Counted from the first letter of the stretch, positions 31,102 through 40,645 are shown. The stretch: DNA of 64,000 nucleotides from an uncultured Acidobacteriota bacterium (GCA_964561785.1 CAZLRF010000001.1:77201-141200), one strand, 5' to 3'. Notes: generated by a model not told the origin, from the sequence alone. Program-made: numbers and translations.

Positions 31102-31908
31102 CTGATCGGAGAGACACTCGCGCACTACCGAATCACCGCCGCCACAGGCGCCGGGGGCATGGGGGAGGTGTACCGGGCCGCCGACACGAAGCTCGGGCGG
31201 GAAGTGGCGCTCAAGGTCCTGCCCGCTGCCCTCGCCTCCGACCCCGATCGGCTCGGCCGCTTCGAGCGCGAGGCGCGGGTCCTCGCGTCCCTCAACCACT
31301 CCGGCATCGCCCACCTCTACGGCTTCGAGAGCGCCCCGCTCCCCGACGGCGCGACGGCACACGTCCTCTTGATGGAGCTCGTCCCTGGCGAGGACCTCGC
31401 CGAGCGGCTCCGGCGCGGGCCCGTGCCCGTCGACGAGGCGATCGCGATCGCGAGGCAGGTGGCCGAGGCGCTCGAAGAAGCACACGAGAAGGGCATCGTC
31501 CACCGCGACCTCAAGCCGGCGAACGTCAAGGTCACGCCGGACGGCAAGGTGAAGGTCCTCGACTTCGGCCTCGCCAAGGCCTAGTCGGGCGAGAGCCCCG
31601 GAGCGACGTCGAGCGCCGATCTCTCGCAGTCCCCCACCCTCGCCGCGACCGGCACCGCGGCCGGGATCATCCTCGGCACCGCGGCCTACATGTCCCCCGA
31701 GCAGGCCCGGGGCAAGGCCGTCGACAAGCGCGCCGACATCTGGGCCTTGGGCGTCCTTCTGTTCGAGATGCTGACCGGCCGGCGCCTCTTCGAGGGCGAG
31801 ACGGTGAGCGACACGCTCGCGCCGGGGTCGATGGGGGGCGCGCCACGCCCTGAGGCCGCTCGCGCGGGGCGTCTCAGCGGCCGAGCGGGTCGACGACCAG
31901 AACCGTGA
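31102..31908 (+). pseudogene. Ser/Thr kinase paralogue with CTG at the start position and an in-frame TAG
   Basis: [30 protein letters not shown]...[27 protein letters not shown], then TAG at 31582-31584. It continues in the same frame with [47 protein letters not shown] and ends at 31908 with no C-terminal domain. About 85% identical to the intact kinase at 40990. Confidence 0.6.
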
Positions 31909-32088
31909 TGTCGTCTTGCCGCGGGACGGAACGAGGCCGCCACGCCGCGACCTCCGAGAGCAGCCTCCGCGACAGCTCCTCCGGCGTCGCCGAGCGGGTA
32001 CTCGCGCAGGACCTCGTCGAGGCGCGCGTCGCCGAAGGGCTCGCCGGCGGCACGATACCAGCCCTGGGCGCGCCGCCGACCCCGGGCT

Positions 32089-32676
32089 TCAGGCCAGGAC
32101 GTCGGCGACGGGAACGGGCTCGGGCCCGAACGGCTCGCCCGCGACCGACTCGGCGAGGGCGAACGCCGGCCCGGCGACCATCCGGCCCCGCACGTTCGTG
32201 AAGGTCTCGACCCGCTGGCGCTCGCAGTCGACGAGCCAGAGCGAGCCCACCCCCATCGTGCCGTAGGCCTCGGTCTTCACGCCCCGGTCGGTCGCCTCCG
32301 TGCCGGGCGAGAGCACCTCCGCCACCCAGTCCGGCATCAGCGTGACCGGCGAGAGGGCCATGTCGGGCCAGCCGGCCCCGCTTCGGCGCCAGCCCGCGAC
32401 GTCCGGAACGAGCCGGCTGAGCGCCCGCTCCGACCGCAGCTCCGGCTCCACCGCGAAGAACCAGTCCGGGGGCTCGCCACCCCGGCTGCGTCCGAAGCGC
32501 TGGTGGAGCGCGCCGAAGAGGCGTCCCTGGGCGGCCCCGTGCCGCGGCCTGGGCCGGGGCGACATCAGGTAGACCCCGGACGCGATCTCGCCGCTCACCC
32601 CTTCGGGCTCGTTCTCGAGACGCGCCTCGAGCGCCCGGAAGTGGCGGAGCAGGCTGTCGTCGACCGCAGTGGCCAT
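32089..32676 (-). CDS. Uma2 family endonuclease (DUF820, putative restriction-endonuclease-like)
   Basis: 196 aa from ATG 32674-32676. Typical Uma2 pattern ...EPEGVSGEIA......TDRGVKTEAY...GVGSLWLVD. Confidence 0.7.
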   Translation of the reverse strand: MATAVDDSLLRHFRALEARLENEPEGVSGEIASGVYLMSPRPRPRHGAAQGRLFGALHQRFGRSRGGEPPDWFFAVEPELRSERALSRLVPDVAGWRRSGAGWPDMALSPVTLMPDWVAEVLSPGTEATDRGVKTEAYGTMGVGSLWLVDCERQRVETFTNVRGRMVAGPAFALAESVAGEPFGPEPVPVADVLA

Positions 32677-32784
32677 GGCCTCGCCACGAGGATAGCACCA
32701 GAGCACAGGCCTCGGGCGGCGTGCGGTAGAATGCCGGCTCCGTTCCCCGTTGAACCCAACCGTCGCCGCCCGGAGGCCCCGACC

Positions 32785-33311
32785 CTGATCGGAGAGACCC
32801 TCGCCCACGACCGCGTCACCGCCCCGCTCGGCGCGGGGGGAATGGGCGAGGTCTTCTGCGCCACCGACACGAAGCTCGGCCGCGAGGTGGCCCTCAAGCT
32901 GCTGCCGGGGGAGCTCGCGGACCGATTCGGATCGCCTCGCCCGCTTCGAGCGCGAGGCCAGGGTCCTCGCCTCGCTCAACCACCCCGGCATCGCTCACCT
33001 CTACGGCTTCGAGAGCGCGACGCTCGCCGACGGCACGACGGCCCACGTCCTCGTCATGGAGCTCGTCGAGGGAGAGGACCCGGATGATGGTCGTCGAGCT
33101 GGGGCCCGGGGACCCTCTCGAGGCGTCCCGGCCGCAAGTCCTCTTCGAGGGCGAGTTCGCCGGAGGAGTCGGTCGCGAGCGAGGCTACGACGTCACCCCG
33201 GACGGGCAGCGGTTCGTCGTGGCCCGCGGGCGCTCGCAGGGCGGGGGCGAGGTCAACGTCGTCCTCAACTGGCTCGACGAGCTTCGCCTCCGCTCGTCGG
33301 AGTCGAGGTGA
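32785..33311 (+). pseudogene. Ser/Thr kinase paralogue collapsed by internal deletion (N-terminal lobe joined to the extreme C-terminus, with frameshift)
   Basis: CTG-ATC-GGA start (LIGETLAH...[26 protein letters not shown]...[14 protein letters not shown]...VMELVEGEDP), then a frame change at similar sequence (gtcgtcgagctggggcccggggaccc). It ends with ...YDVTPDGQRFVVARGRSQGGGEVNVVLNWLDELR, the C-terminal end of the propeller-type kinases. Confidence 0.55.
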
Positions 33312-33534
33312 CGCCGCGCCTGCAGGTCGTGCGCGTCCCCTCAGCTCGGCGTCTCGCCCGAGATCTCGCGCCAGAGGTCCGAGACGCCGAGCTCGGCGGC
33401 CCACCGCAGGGCCGTAGCTTGGCACCCGGGCCCGAGGCCCGGCGGATCGAAAGCCCGCTTCGCTGCTGGTAGAATCCCCCGTCCCCCGTGCACCGCACCA
33501 ATCGTCATCCCCCGGAACCCGAGGGCTTCGCGTC

Positions 33535-35823
33535 GTGATCGGCCGCACGCTCGCCCACTACCGCGTCACCGCCGCGATCGGCGCCGGCGGGATGGGCGAG
33601 GTCTACCGCGCCACCGACACGAAGCTCGGCCGCGACGTGGCCCTCAAGGTCCTGCCGGCCGAGATGGCCTCGCACCCGGAGCGCGTCGAGCGGTTCCGGC
33701 GTGAAGCGAAGGCCCTCGCCGCGCTCGACCACCCCGGCGTCGTCGGCGTGTACTCGGTCGAGGAAGCGGACGGCGTCCACTTCCTGACCATGCAGCTCGT
33801 CGAGGGCCAGCCGCTCGACCAGCTCATCCCCGAGGGTGGGATGCCGGTCGAGCGGATCCTCGAGATTGCTTCGGCGCTCGCCGAGGCCCTGGCCGCCGCT
33901 CACGAGAGGGGCATCGTCCACCGCGACCTCAAGCCGGCGAACGTCATGGTCGCCAGAGACGGGCGCCTGAAGGTCCTCGACTTCGGCCTCGCGCGAACGA
34001 GCGGAGGCCCGGCGGACGCGCCCGGCGGGTCGGAGCTGCCCACCGACCTTCGCACGCGCGAGGGCGTCGCGATGGGGACGGTGCCGTACATGTCGCCCGA
34101 GCAGCTCCAGGGGCGGGCCGTGGACGGCCGCTCGGACATCTTCTCCCTGGGCGTCGTCCTCTACGAGATGGCGACGGGTCGGCGGCCGTTCCGCGCCGAC
34201 AGCGCGGCGGCGCTGATGTCGGCCATCCTGCGGGACGACCCGGAGCCTGCGGTCCGGCTTCGCTCCGATCTGCCCCCGGCCCTTTCCCGCGTGATCGAGC
34301 GCTGCCTCGCGAAGGAGCCCGCGGCGCGCTTCCAGTCGGCCGCGCACGTGAGGTCCGCCCTCGAGGGCGCGCCGGAGGCGGCGGGCCGCGTGGCTCTCGC
34401 GGCCCGAGAGGCCGACACGAAGTCGATCGTGGTCCTCCCGTTCGCCAACCTGAGCCCGGATCCCGACACCGAGTACTTCAGCGACGGGCTGACCGACGAG
34501 ATCATCACCGACCTGTCACGCGTGCGGGCCCTGCGCGTGATCTCCCGGTCCTCGGCGATGCGCCTCAAGGGCGACGGGCGCAGCGTCGGGGAGATCGGCC
34601 GAGAGCTCGCCTGCCGGTACGTGCTCGAAGGAAGCGTGAGGCGCGCCGCGAGCACCCTGCGCATCACGGCCCGGCTGGTGGACGCGCCGAACGACGTCCA
34701 GCTCTGGGCCGACAAGTACGGAGGCACGCTCGACGACGTGTTCGACATCCAGGAGCGGGTGTCGCGGTCGATCGTGGACGCCCTCGAGATCCGGCTGACG
34801 CCGCAGGAGGCCGCGCAGCTCGCCGAGCGGCCGATCGCCGACGCTCGCGCCCAGGAGTGCTACCTCCGTGCGCGGAGCGAGATCTGGAGCTTCCTGCCGG
34901 GCGGCCTGGAGCGGGCCATCGGCCACCTGGAGGCCGCGCTCCGGCTGGTCGGCGAGAACGCCCTCGTCTACCAGGGGCTCGGCGAGGCCTACTTCCAGCA
35001 CGTCAACATCGGGGTCGCGGGCGGCCGGGAGGAGGAGCTCGTCCGGAAGGCCGAGTGGTGCGCGGACAGGATCTTCGCGCTCGAGCCCGACTCGCCGCGC
35101 GGGCACCTCGTCCGTGCCAACACCCAGCTGGCGCGGGGCGACGTCCACGGCTGCGGCCGGAGCCTGAGGCGCGCGCTGCAGGTCTTCCCGAACGACATCC
35201 CGGCGCTGCAGCTCTACACCCACGTGCTCGGCTGGCTCACCGGGAAGCCCGACGCGGCGGCGCCGGTGGCGGCGCGGCTCCTCGACGTCGACCCGCTCGG
35301 TGCGATCAGCCTCCTGATGGCCGCCATGATGCGGCTGTTCACGGGCCGGTTCGGCGATGCGCTCGAGCCCGCGCGCCGCATGTTCGAGCTCGACCCGGTC
35401 ACCCCGGTCTGCCGCGCGAACTACGCGATGGCCCTGGCGTACGACCGGCGGATCGAGGAGGCGGAGGCGCTGTGCGAGGGGGTGTCGGCTCAGCCGGATT
35501 CGGACGTCGGCACCTGGCAGATGGGACTCTGGCGGGCGGCCTGGCGAGGGGACCGTGCGGAGGTCCTGCGGCTCGCCGAAGGGCCCTACCAGCAGGCGGC
35601 CGCATGGGATGCGGAGATCCCCTGGCTCCTCGCGAGCGCCCACGCCGCGGTCGGCGCCACGGAGGAGGCGCTTCACTGGCTCGACCGCGCGATCGACGGC
35701 GGGATGATCAACTACCCCTTCCTCTCCGAGCACGACCGCAACCTCGACGGCCTGCGCGGCGACCCGCGGTTCGGCCGCCTGATGGAGCGGGCCCGGCGGG
35801 AATGGGAGCGGTTCGACGTCTGA
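33535..35823 (+). CDS. Ser/Thr protein kinase with C-terminal TolB-N-like and TPR domains (intact family member)
   Basis: GTG start gives [64 protein letters not shown]. Then the VVLPFANLS...DGLTDEIITDLSR TolB-N-like region and TPR-like repeats. 762 aa. Confidence 0.85.
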   Translation: MIGRTLAHYRVTAAIGAGGMGEVYRATDTKLGRDVALKVLPAEMASHPERVERFRREAKALAALDHPGVVGVYSVEEADGVHFLTMQLVEGQPLDQLIPEGGMPVERILEIASALAEALAAAHERGIVHRDLKPANVMVARDGRLKVLDFGLARTSGGPADAPGGSELPTDLRTREGVAMGTVPYMSPEQLQGRAVDGRSDIFSLGVVLYEMATGRRPFRADSAAALMSAILRDDPEPAVRLRSDLPPALSRVIERCLAKEPAARFQSAAHVRSALEGAPEAAGRVALAAREADTKSIVVLPFANLSPDPDTEYFSDGLTDEIITDLSRVRALRVISRSSAMRLKGDGRSVGEIGRELACRYVLEGSVRRAASTLRITARLVDAPNDVQLWADKYGGTLDDVFDIQERVSRSIVDALEIRLTPQEAAQLAERPIADARAQECYLRARSEIWSFLPGGLERAIGHLEAALRLVGENALVYQGLGEAYFQHVNIGVAGGREEELVRKAEWCADRIFALEPDSPRGHLVRANTQLARGDVHGCGRSLRRALQVFPNDIPALQLYTHVLGWLTGKPDAAAPVAARLLDVDPLGAISLLMAAMMRLFTGRFGDALEPARRMFELDPVTPVCRANYAMALAYDRRIEEAEALCEGVSAQPDSDVGTWQMGLWRAAWRGDRAEVLRLAEGPYQQAAAWDAEIPWLLASAHAAVGATEEALHWLDRAIDGGMINYPFLSEHDRNLDGLRGDPRFGRLMERARREWERFDV

Positions 35824-35836
35824 AGGAGACCGTTTT

Positions 35837-35867
35837 GCCCATACTCATGCGTATTGCTAGTATGGGC
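35837..35867. promoter_or_regulatory. inverted repeat (GCCCATACT...AGTATGGGC) immediately upstream of the vapB GTG
   Basis: 9-bp perfect arms at 35837-35845 and 35859-35867 around a 13-nt centre. It ends 2 nt before the start codon at 35870. Confidence 0.45.
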
Positions 35868-35869
35868 AC

Positions 35870-36109
35870 GTGAAGACCACCGTGGAGATCCCGGACGCCC
35901 TCCTCGAACGCGCCCGTGTCCACGCCCGACGTTCCGGGCGGCCCCTGCGCGCCTTGATCGAGGAAGGGCTTCGCCTCGTGCTCCAGGCGGGGTCCGCGAG
36001 CGTCGACTATCGCCTGCCCGACCGCGGCGTCGGCGTACCGGGAGCACCGAACCCGCTGGAGGCCATGAGCTGGCAGGACCTCCGCGACGAAGTCTACGGC
36101 GGCCGCTGA
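35870..36109 (+). CDS. vapB: type II antitoxin VapB (MTTLDLDDDLL-type)
   Basis: MKTTVEIPDALLERARVHARRSGRPLRALIEEGLRLVL matches the VapB antitoxin family paired with PIN toxins. Confidence 0.7.
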   Translation: MKTTVEIPDALLERARVHARRSGRPLRALIEEGLRLVLQAGSASVDYRLPDRGVGVPGAPNPLEAMSWQDLRDEVYGGR

Positions 36110-36115
36110 GTCGCG

Positions 36116-36550
36116 ATGCTGGCGGTCGACACCAACATCCTCGTGTACGCACACCGGCGGGAGGCGTCCGAGCACGCCGCCGCGACCGAGGTCGTGCGCT
36201 CCCTGGCCGAGGGTGCGCAGCCGTGGGCCGTCCCCTGGCCGTGTCTGTACGAGTTCTTCAGCGTGGTCACGCACCCGAAGATCTGGCGCGATGCGGCCAG
36301 CACTCCGTCGCAGGCCTGGGCGCAGATCGAGGCCTGGCTCGGCTCGCCCAGCCTGCGCCTGCTCGGCGAGACGCCGGAGTTCGGCCGCCTGCTCGCCCGC
36401 TTCCTGGACCGGCCACGGGTGCGAGGAGGTATCGTCCACGACGCCCGGGTGGCTGCGCTGTGCGTGGCCCACGGCGTCGAGGCGCTGCTCACGCGCGACC
36501 GCGACTTCTCCCTGTTCGAGGAGCTGCGCACCCGCAATCCCCTTGCCTGA
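36116..36550 (+). CDS. vapC: type II toxin VapC (PIN domain)
   Basis: MLAVDTNILVYAHRREA...VHDARVAALCVAHGVEALLTRDRDF is a classic VapC. Confidence 0.8.
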   Translation: MLAVDTNILVYAHRREASEHAAATEVVRSLAEGAQPWAVPWPCLYEFFSVVTHPKIWRDAASTPSQAWAQIEAWLGSPSLRLLGETPEFGRLLARFLDRPRVRGGIVHDARVAALCVAHGVEALLTRDRDFSLFEELRTRNPLA

Positions 36551-36845
36551 GACTGCGACCCGCGCTCCGAGCCCCGACCGGGCGCAAGCTGCCCGTCTCC
36601 CTCGTCACGATGTTCGGGGACTCGAGGCGCTCCGCCTCTTCGGCCTCCGACAGCCCCGGCCGCAGCGCCTTCTGGACGAACTCCGAGCGTGAACGCCGCG
36701 GGCCGCTCGGCCTTCGCGTTCTCCCGCTCCCCCGCTGCGGCGGCGCTCGCGACGGCCACCGCCAGCACCACGCCTGCCCCTCGGAGCATTCGCAGCTGCG
36801 CGCGCCCGAGGGTGACGTTCGGCCGCGCACCGCTTCTTCCCCTCT

Positions 36846-37271
36846 TCAGGCTCGCTTCCCCTCCGGCCACCACGACTCGACCGCGAGGCCCGGGATGCGT
36901 CGGAAGTGACGGACGTTTCGCGTGACGACGGCCAGGGAGCTCTCGAGCGCGGTGGCCCCGATGAGGACGTCCTCGACCCTTATCGGCTGGCCCGCGGCCT
37001 CGAGCTCGGCCAGCAGGTCCCCCACCCGAAGGGCCTCGCGCTCCCCGAACGGCAGGACCCGCACCCGTCCCAGCACCTCGCGAGCGATCCGCCCCCAGAG
37101 GTCTCCCGCTCCGGGGCGACGCCGTGCCCCGTAGCGCAGCTCGCTCACGCACACCGCGGAGGTGAAGGCGGCGCTCGGCGCCAGCTCGCGAAGGCGGGCC
37201 AGGACCGACGGCTCCGGCCGCTTCTTGAGGACCTCCGAGAGAACGTTGGTGTCGAGCAGGTACCCCCTCAC
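36846..37271 (-). CDS. vapC: type II toxin VapC (PIN domain)
   Basis: GTG at 37269-37271 gives VRGYLLDTNVLSEVLKKRPEPSVLARL...VLIGATALESSLAVVTRNVRHF. The long upstream extension in the track is low-complexity GC noise. Confidence 0.75.
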   Translation of the reverse strand: MRGYLLDTNVLSEVLKKRPEPSVLARLRELAPSAAFTSAVCVSELRYGARRRPGAGDLWGRIAREVLGRVRVLPFGEREALRVGDLLAELEAAGQPIRVEDVLIGATALESSLAVVTRNVRHFRRIPGLAVESWWPEGKRA

Positions 37272-37564
37272 CGCGGGCCTCGCCGCCGCCCCCCGTAGAC
37301 CCGCGGGCGGCGCCGTTGGCGCGCCGCCACCGCCTCCTCGACGCCGTCGAAGAAGGGGTCGTCGGCCTCCAGCCAGCCCCGGACCGCCGCCAATCCCTCG
37401 CCCGGGTCCCCCGATCCGGGCGGGACCAGACGGGCCATCGGCCGGCCGCGGCGTGTGATGAGGACCGTCTCGCCCCCGTAGGCCACGCGTCCCAGGAGGT
37501 CCGAGAGCCGCCTCTTGGCCTCCGCGACGTTCACGGCCTCCACCGTCGCCCTCCCCACGTGCAC
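37268..37564 (-). CDS. phd: Phd/YefM family antitoxin
   Basis: ...VEAVNVAEAKRRLSDLLGRVAYGGETVLITRRGRPMARLVP is the Phd/YefM fold signature. It overlaps the vapC start by 4 nt. An ATCATA...TATGAT inverted repeat lies upstream (37575-37600). Confidence 0.7.
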   Translation of the reverse strand: MHVGRATVEAVNVAEAKRRLSDLLGRVAYGGETVLITRRGRPMARLVPPGSGDPGEGLAAVRGWLEADDPFFDGVEEAVAARQRRRPRVYGGRRRGPR

Positions 37565-37654
37565 CTCCTACATGATCATCATAGTCTACTTGGATATGAT
37601 GGTCACGAGACCGACGGCCCGCGTCGCTCCGAGGACGCTTCGAGGGAGGCACCC

Positions 37655-38500
37655 ATGACGCTCCGCTACCGCATCGTCAACGTCTTCACCCAGGGGACGC
37701 GCCCGCTCACCGGCAACCCCCTCTGCGTGTTCGAGAGCGGCGAGGGGCTCGACGACGCCACCATGCAGGCGCTGGCCCGCCAGCTCAACCTCTCGGAGAC
37801 GACGTTCCTCCTGCCCTCGACGCGAGCGAGCGCCCGGGTGCGCATCTTCACGCCGGCCTACGAGATGCCCTTCGCCGGCCACCCGACGCTCGGCACCGCG
37901 TACGTCTGCCGCGCCCTCGGCCTCGCGGGCGACGAGGTGACGCTCGAGACGAAGGCCGGCGTCATCCCCGTGACCGCGGCCGCCGACCGCTTCACGCTCC
38001 GGGCGAACCCGCCGACCTGGCGCGAGCTCGAGCTGCCCCGCGCCGCGCTGGCCGGCCTCCTCGGCCTCGAAGAGGCTGACCTCGCCGAGCGGCCGCTCTG
38101 GGTGCGGGCCGGCACCGAGCAGCTCGTCGTGCCGCTCGCGAGCCCGGCCGCCGTGCGGCGCGCGCGGCCCCGCACGGGGGCGTTCGACGCGCTGCCGGGC
38201 GAGGACGGGCCCGGCCAGGCGTACCTCTTCGCGGAGACCGGTCCGGGGCGCCTGCTCTCGCGGTTCTTCTTCCCCCAGGGGGAGGCGATCCTCGAGGACC
38301 CGGCCACCGGCTCGGCCACGGCGAACCTCGGCGGGTGGTGCCTCGCCACCGGCCGCGCGCTGCCCTGCGCGTTCGAGATCGCCCAGGGCGAGCAGGCCGG
38401 CCGCCCCTCCACGCTCTTCCTGCGGGTGGAGAGCGACCGGCGCATCCTCGTCTCGGGGGACGTGGTCGAGCTCGGGGGCGGGACCTTCGACCTGCGGTAG
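37655..38500 (+). CDS. phzF: PhzF family phenazine-biosynthesis-like isomerase
   Basis: ATG 37655 follows the RBS GAGGGAGG. MTLRYRIVNVFT...GNPLCVF...LNLSETTFLL...E..FAGHPTLGTAY is the PhzF/YddE signature. 281 aa. Confidence 0.8.
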   Translation: MTLRYRIVNVFTQGTRPLTGNPLCVFESGEGLDDATMQALARQLNLSETTFLLPSTRASARVRIFTPAYEMPFAGHPTLGTAYVCRALGLAGDEVTLETKAGVIPVTAAADRFTLRANPPTWRELELPRAALAGLLGLEEADLAERPLWVRAGTEQLVVPLASPAAVRRARPRTGAFDALPGEDGPGQAYLFAETGPGRLLSRFFFPQGEAILEDPATGSATANLGGWCLATGRALPCAFEIAQGEQAGRPSTLFLRVESDRRILVSGDVVELGGGTFDLR

Positions 38501-38509
38501 GACGAGGAG

Positions 38510-39212
38510 CTACCGCTCCCGCCGCGGGCGGCCCTCGGACGCCGGGGCGGCCTTCACCGCCACGAAGACCACGTGCCGGCGCCCTCCCGCTCCGGAGCGG
38601 CGGGCGACCCGGACGGCGGACGCGTCGAACCCGCTGTCCCGGAGGCGGCGCAGGTAGCGCTCGTCCGGTCCCGTCGCCCAGACCGCGAGCGCGCCGTTCG
38701 CCCGGAGGGCGCCGTGGCACGCGACGATGCCGTTCGCGTCGTAGAGTCCCGCGTTCGCCTCGTGGATGAGCGCGTCGGGACCGTTGTCCACGTCCAGCAG
38801 GATCAGGTCGTAGGCGGCGCGCGCCTCCCGGATGCGCTCCCGGACGTCGCCCACGCGCACGCTGACGCGCGGGTCCTCGAGCGGCCTCCCGGCCAGGTGG
38901 CCCACGTGGACGCGGTTCCACTCCACCACGGAAGCGGACTGCTCGGCGAGCACGACTCTTCCGTGCGGAGGGAGGAGGTCGAGGGTCGCGCGCAGGGAGA
39001 ACCCGAGGCCGAGCCCTCCGACCAGCGCCGTCCCCGCGTGGCTCGCCCTCGCGAAGGCGAGGCGGGCCAGCTCGTCCTCGGACCCATGGGCGCGGCTCGA
39101 CATGAGGACGAGGCCGTCGAAGCCCACCTCCCACTCGGTGCCCCGCCGCGACAGCGTGAGCCGGGTGCCGTCGGCGGTCCGCGCCTCGTCCACCCGGATC
39201 CAGGGCAGCATG
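38510..39212 (-). CDS. spermidine-synthase-like class I SAM-dependent methyltransferase
   Basis: Only the C-terminal 234 aa of the 733-aa track ORF are protein-like. Methyltransferase motif I (ALVGGLGLGFSLRATL) and the acidic post-I residue pattern (DLILLDVDNGPD) are present. Confidence 0.65.
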
Positions 39213-39540
39213 CCCGCCTCAGTGCTCGACGACCTTGCCCGGCTCGAGCGTGCGGTCGAAACCGGAGGCGGCGGGCATGGGTGCGACGCTACCACGCCTG
39301 CCGCGGCCGGGCCAGCGGCCTCCTCCTGGCCTGCAGCACGCAGAGCGCCGGGAACTCCGTCTCGCCGGACGGTCGCCGCTTCCTCGTCCGGCTCCAGGAC
39401 GCGAGGGCGATCCCCACTCAGGTCCGCGGGTTGCAGAGCTGGCTCGAGGAGCTCGAGGCGAAGGTGCCCGTCTCCGAGTAGACGGTCGGCCGCTCCTGAT
39501 CGGAGGAGCGTGGCGTCCGCCGACGGGACGGGTCGCTCGT

Positions 39541-39714
39541 GTGCTGCCCGGGGCGGGCGTGGACGAGACGCTCGATCGCGAGGCCCGGCTCCGCTCCTTC
39601 GACGAGGCCACGGCACGGCAGGAGTCCCGCAACCGTGCCCGGCGCCGCGCGCGGCGGGTCGGAGAACGGGGTTGGACCCGCGAGGAGCTGTACGACCGTG
39701 CCTGCCCTCGTTGA
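39541..39714 (+). CDS. putative small antitoxin partner of the downstream PIN gene
   Basis: 57-aa ORF from GTG 39541 ending ...ERGWTREELYDRACPR. It overlaps the PIN gene start by 17 nt. Family assignment is uncertain. Confidence 0.4.
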   Translation: MLPGAGVDETLDREARLRSFDEATARQESRNRARRRARRVGERGWTREELYDRACPR

Positions 39715-40129
39715 CACCAACGTCCTCGTCTACCGGTTCGACCCGCGCGATCCCGGGAAACAGCGCCGGGCGACGGGACTGCTGCGGGGCGGGATCGAGG
39801 GACGGTCGTTGTATCTGGCACACCAGACGATCGTCGAGTTCGTGGCCGCGGTGACGCGGCCGCTGTCCGGTGGACGCCCTCTCCTGACCCTGGCCGAAGC
39901 CGTGCGGGAGACGGAGGATCTCTGCGACCAGTTCGTCGTCCTGCTGCCCGACGAACTGCTGGTCCGCACCGCCCTGCGGGGCACGGCCGCGTACCAGCTC
40001 GCCTGGTTCGACGCCCACATGTGGGCCTACGCCGAGCGCTACGGAATCCCGGAGATCCTGTCCGAGGACTTCCAGCACGGGCGCCGCTACGGGGGCGTGC
40101 GCGCCGTCAACCCGTTCCTGGCCGGCTGA
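39698..40129 (+). CDS. PIN domain protein (VapC-like toxin)
   Basis: GTG 39698 gives VPALVDTNVLVYRFD...WFDAHMWAYAERYGIPEILSEDFQHGRRYGGVRAVNPF with the PIN acidic residues conserved. Confidence 0.75.
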   Translation: MPALVDTNVLVYRFDPRDPGKQRRATGLLRGGIEGRSLYLAHQTIVEFVAAVTRPLSGGRPLLTLAEAVRETEDLCDQFVVLLPDELLVRTALRGTAAYQLAWFDAHMWAYAERYGIPEILSEDFQHGRRYGGVRAVNPFLAG

Positions 40130-40383
40130 TCGCGGCCGAAACGCCGCTGGATCGAAGTTGCGGCCGAGGGACAGGGACGGCTCGAGTCGATGCGAGAATG
40201 TCGCGATAGCAGACCGATGCGAGCCACCGCCGCCCTGCTCACGATCGCCCTCGTGCCGGAGGCCGGGGCCTCCTGGGGGCGCACGCAGACGCCGCCCGAG
40301 GTGACCCAGGCCGACCGGGCGCTCCTCTCGTCCCTCGAAGGCCCCCGGTGCGTCCTTCGCCCGGCTGCGCGAATTCGCCCGGC

Positions 40384-40645
40384 AGAGCGAGCGAGCGCGA
40401 TCGCGATCGACGAGGCGATCGCCATCGCGAAGCACATCGCCGAGGCGCTCGAGGCCGCTCACGAGAAGGGCATCGTCCACCGCGACCTCAAGCCGGCGAA
40501 CGCCAAGCTCACGCCCGATGGCTCCCCGGACGGCCGCCGCTTCGTCTTCGTCGAGCCCGCGCGTGCGAAGGACGAGAGCACCCGCATCGACGTGGCCCTC
40601 CACTGGGCCCGGCACCTCGGGGCGGGGCGGCCCGGCGCGCCGTGA
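40384..40645 (+). pseudogene. Ser/Thr kinase remnant (catalytic-loop segment fused to the C-terminal end)
   Basis: ...[39 protein letters not shown] joins directly to SPDGRRFVFVEPARAKDESTRIDVALHWARHL. The junction sits at a PDG motif shared by the kinase core ([13 protein letters not shown]) and the propeller tail (SPDGQRFV). Confidence 0.5.

Noticed and set aside
36094-37152. 352-aa minus-strand ORF covering vapB/vapC (35870-36550) and the spacer
   Set aside because: Low-complexity. It overlaps a confidently called VapBC pair on the opposite strand.
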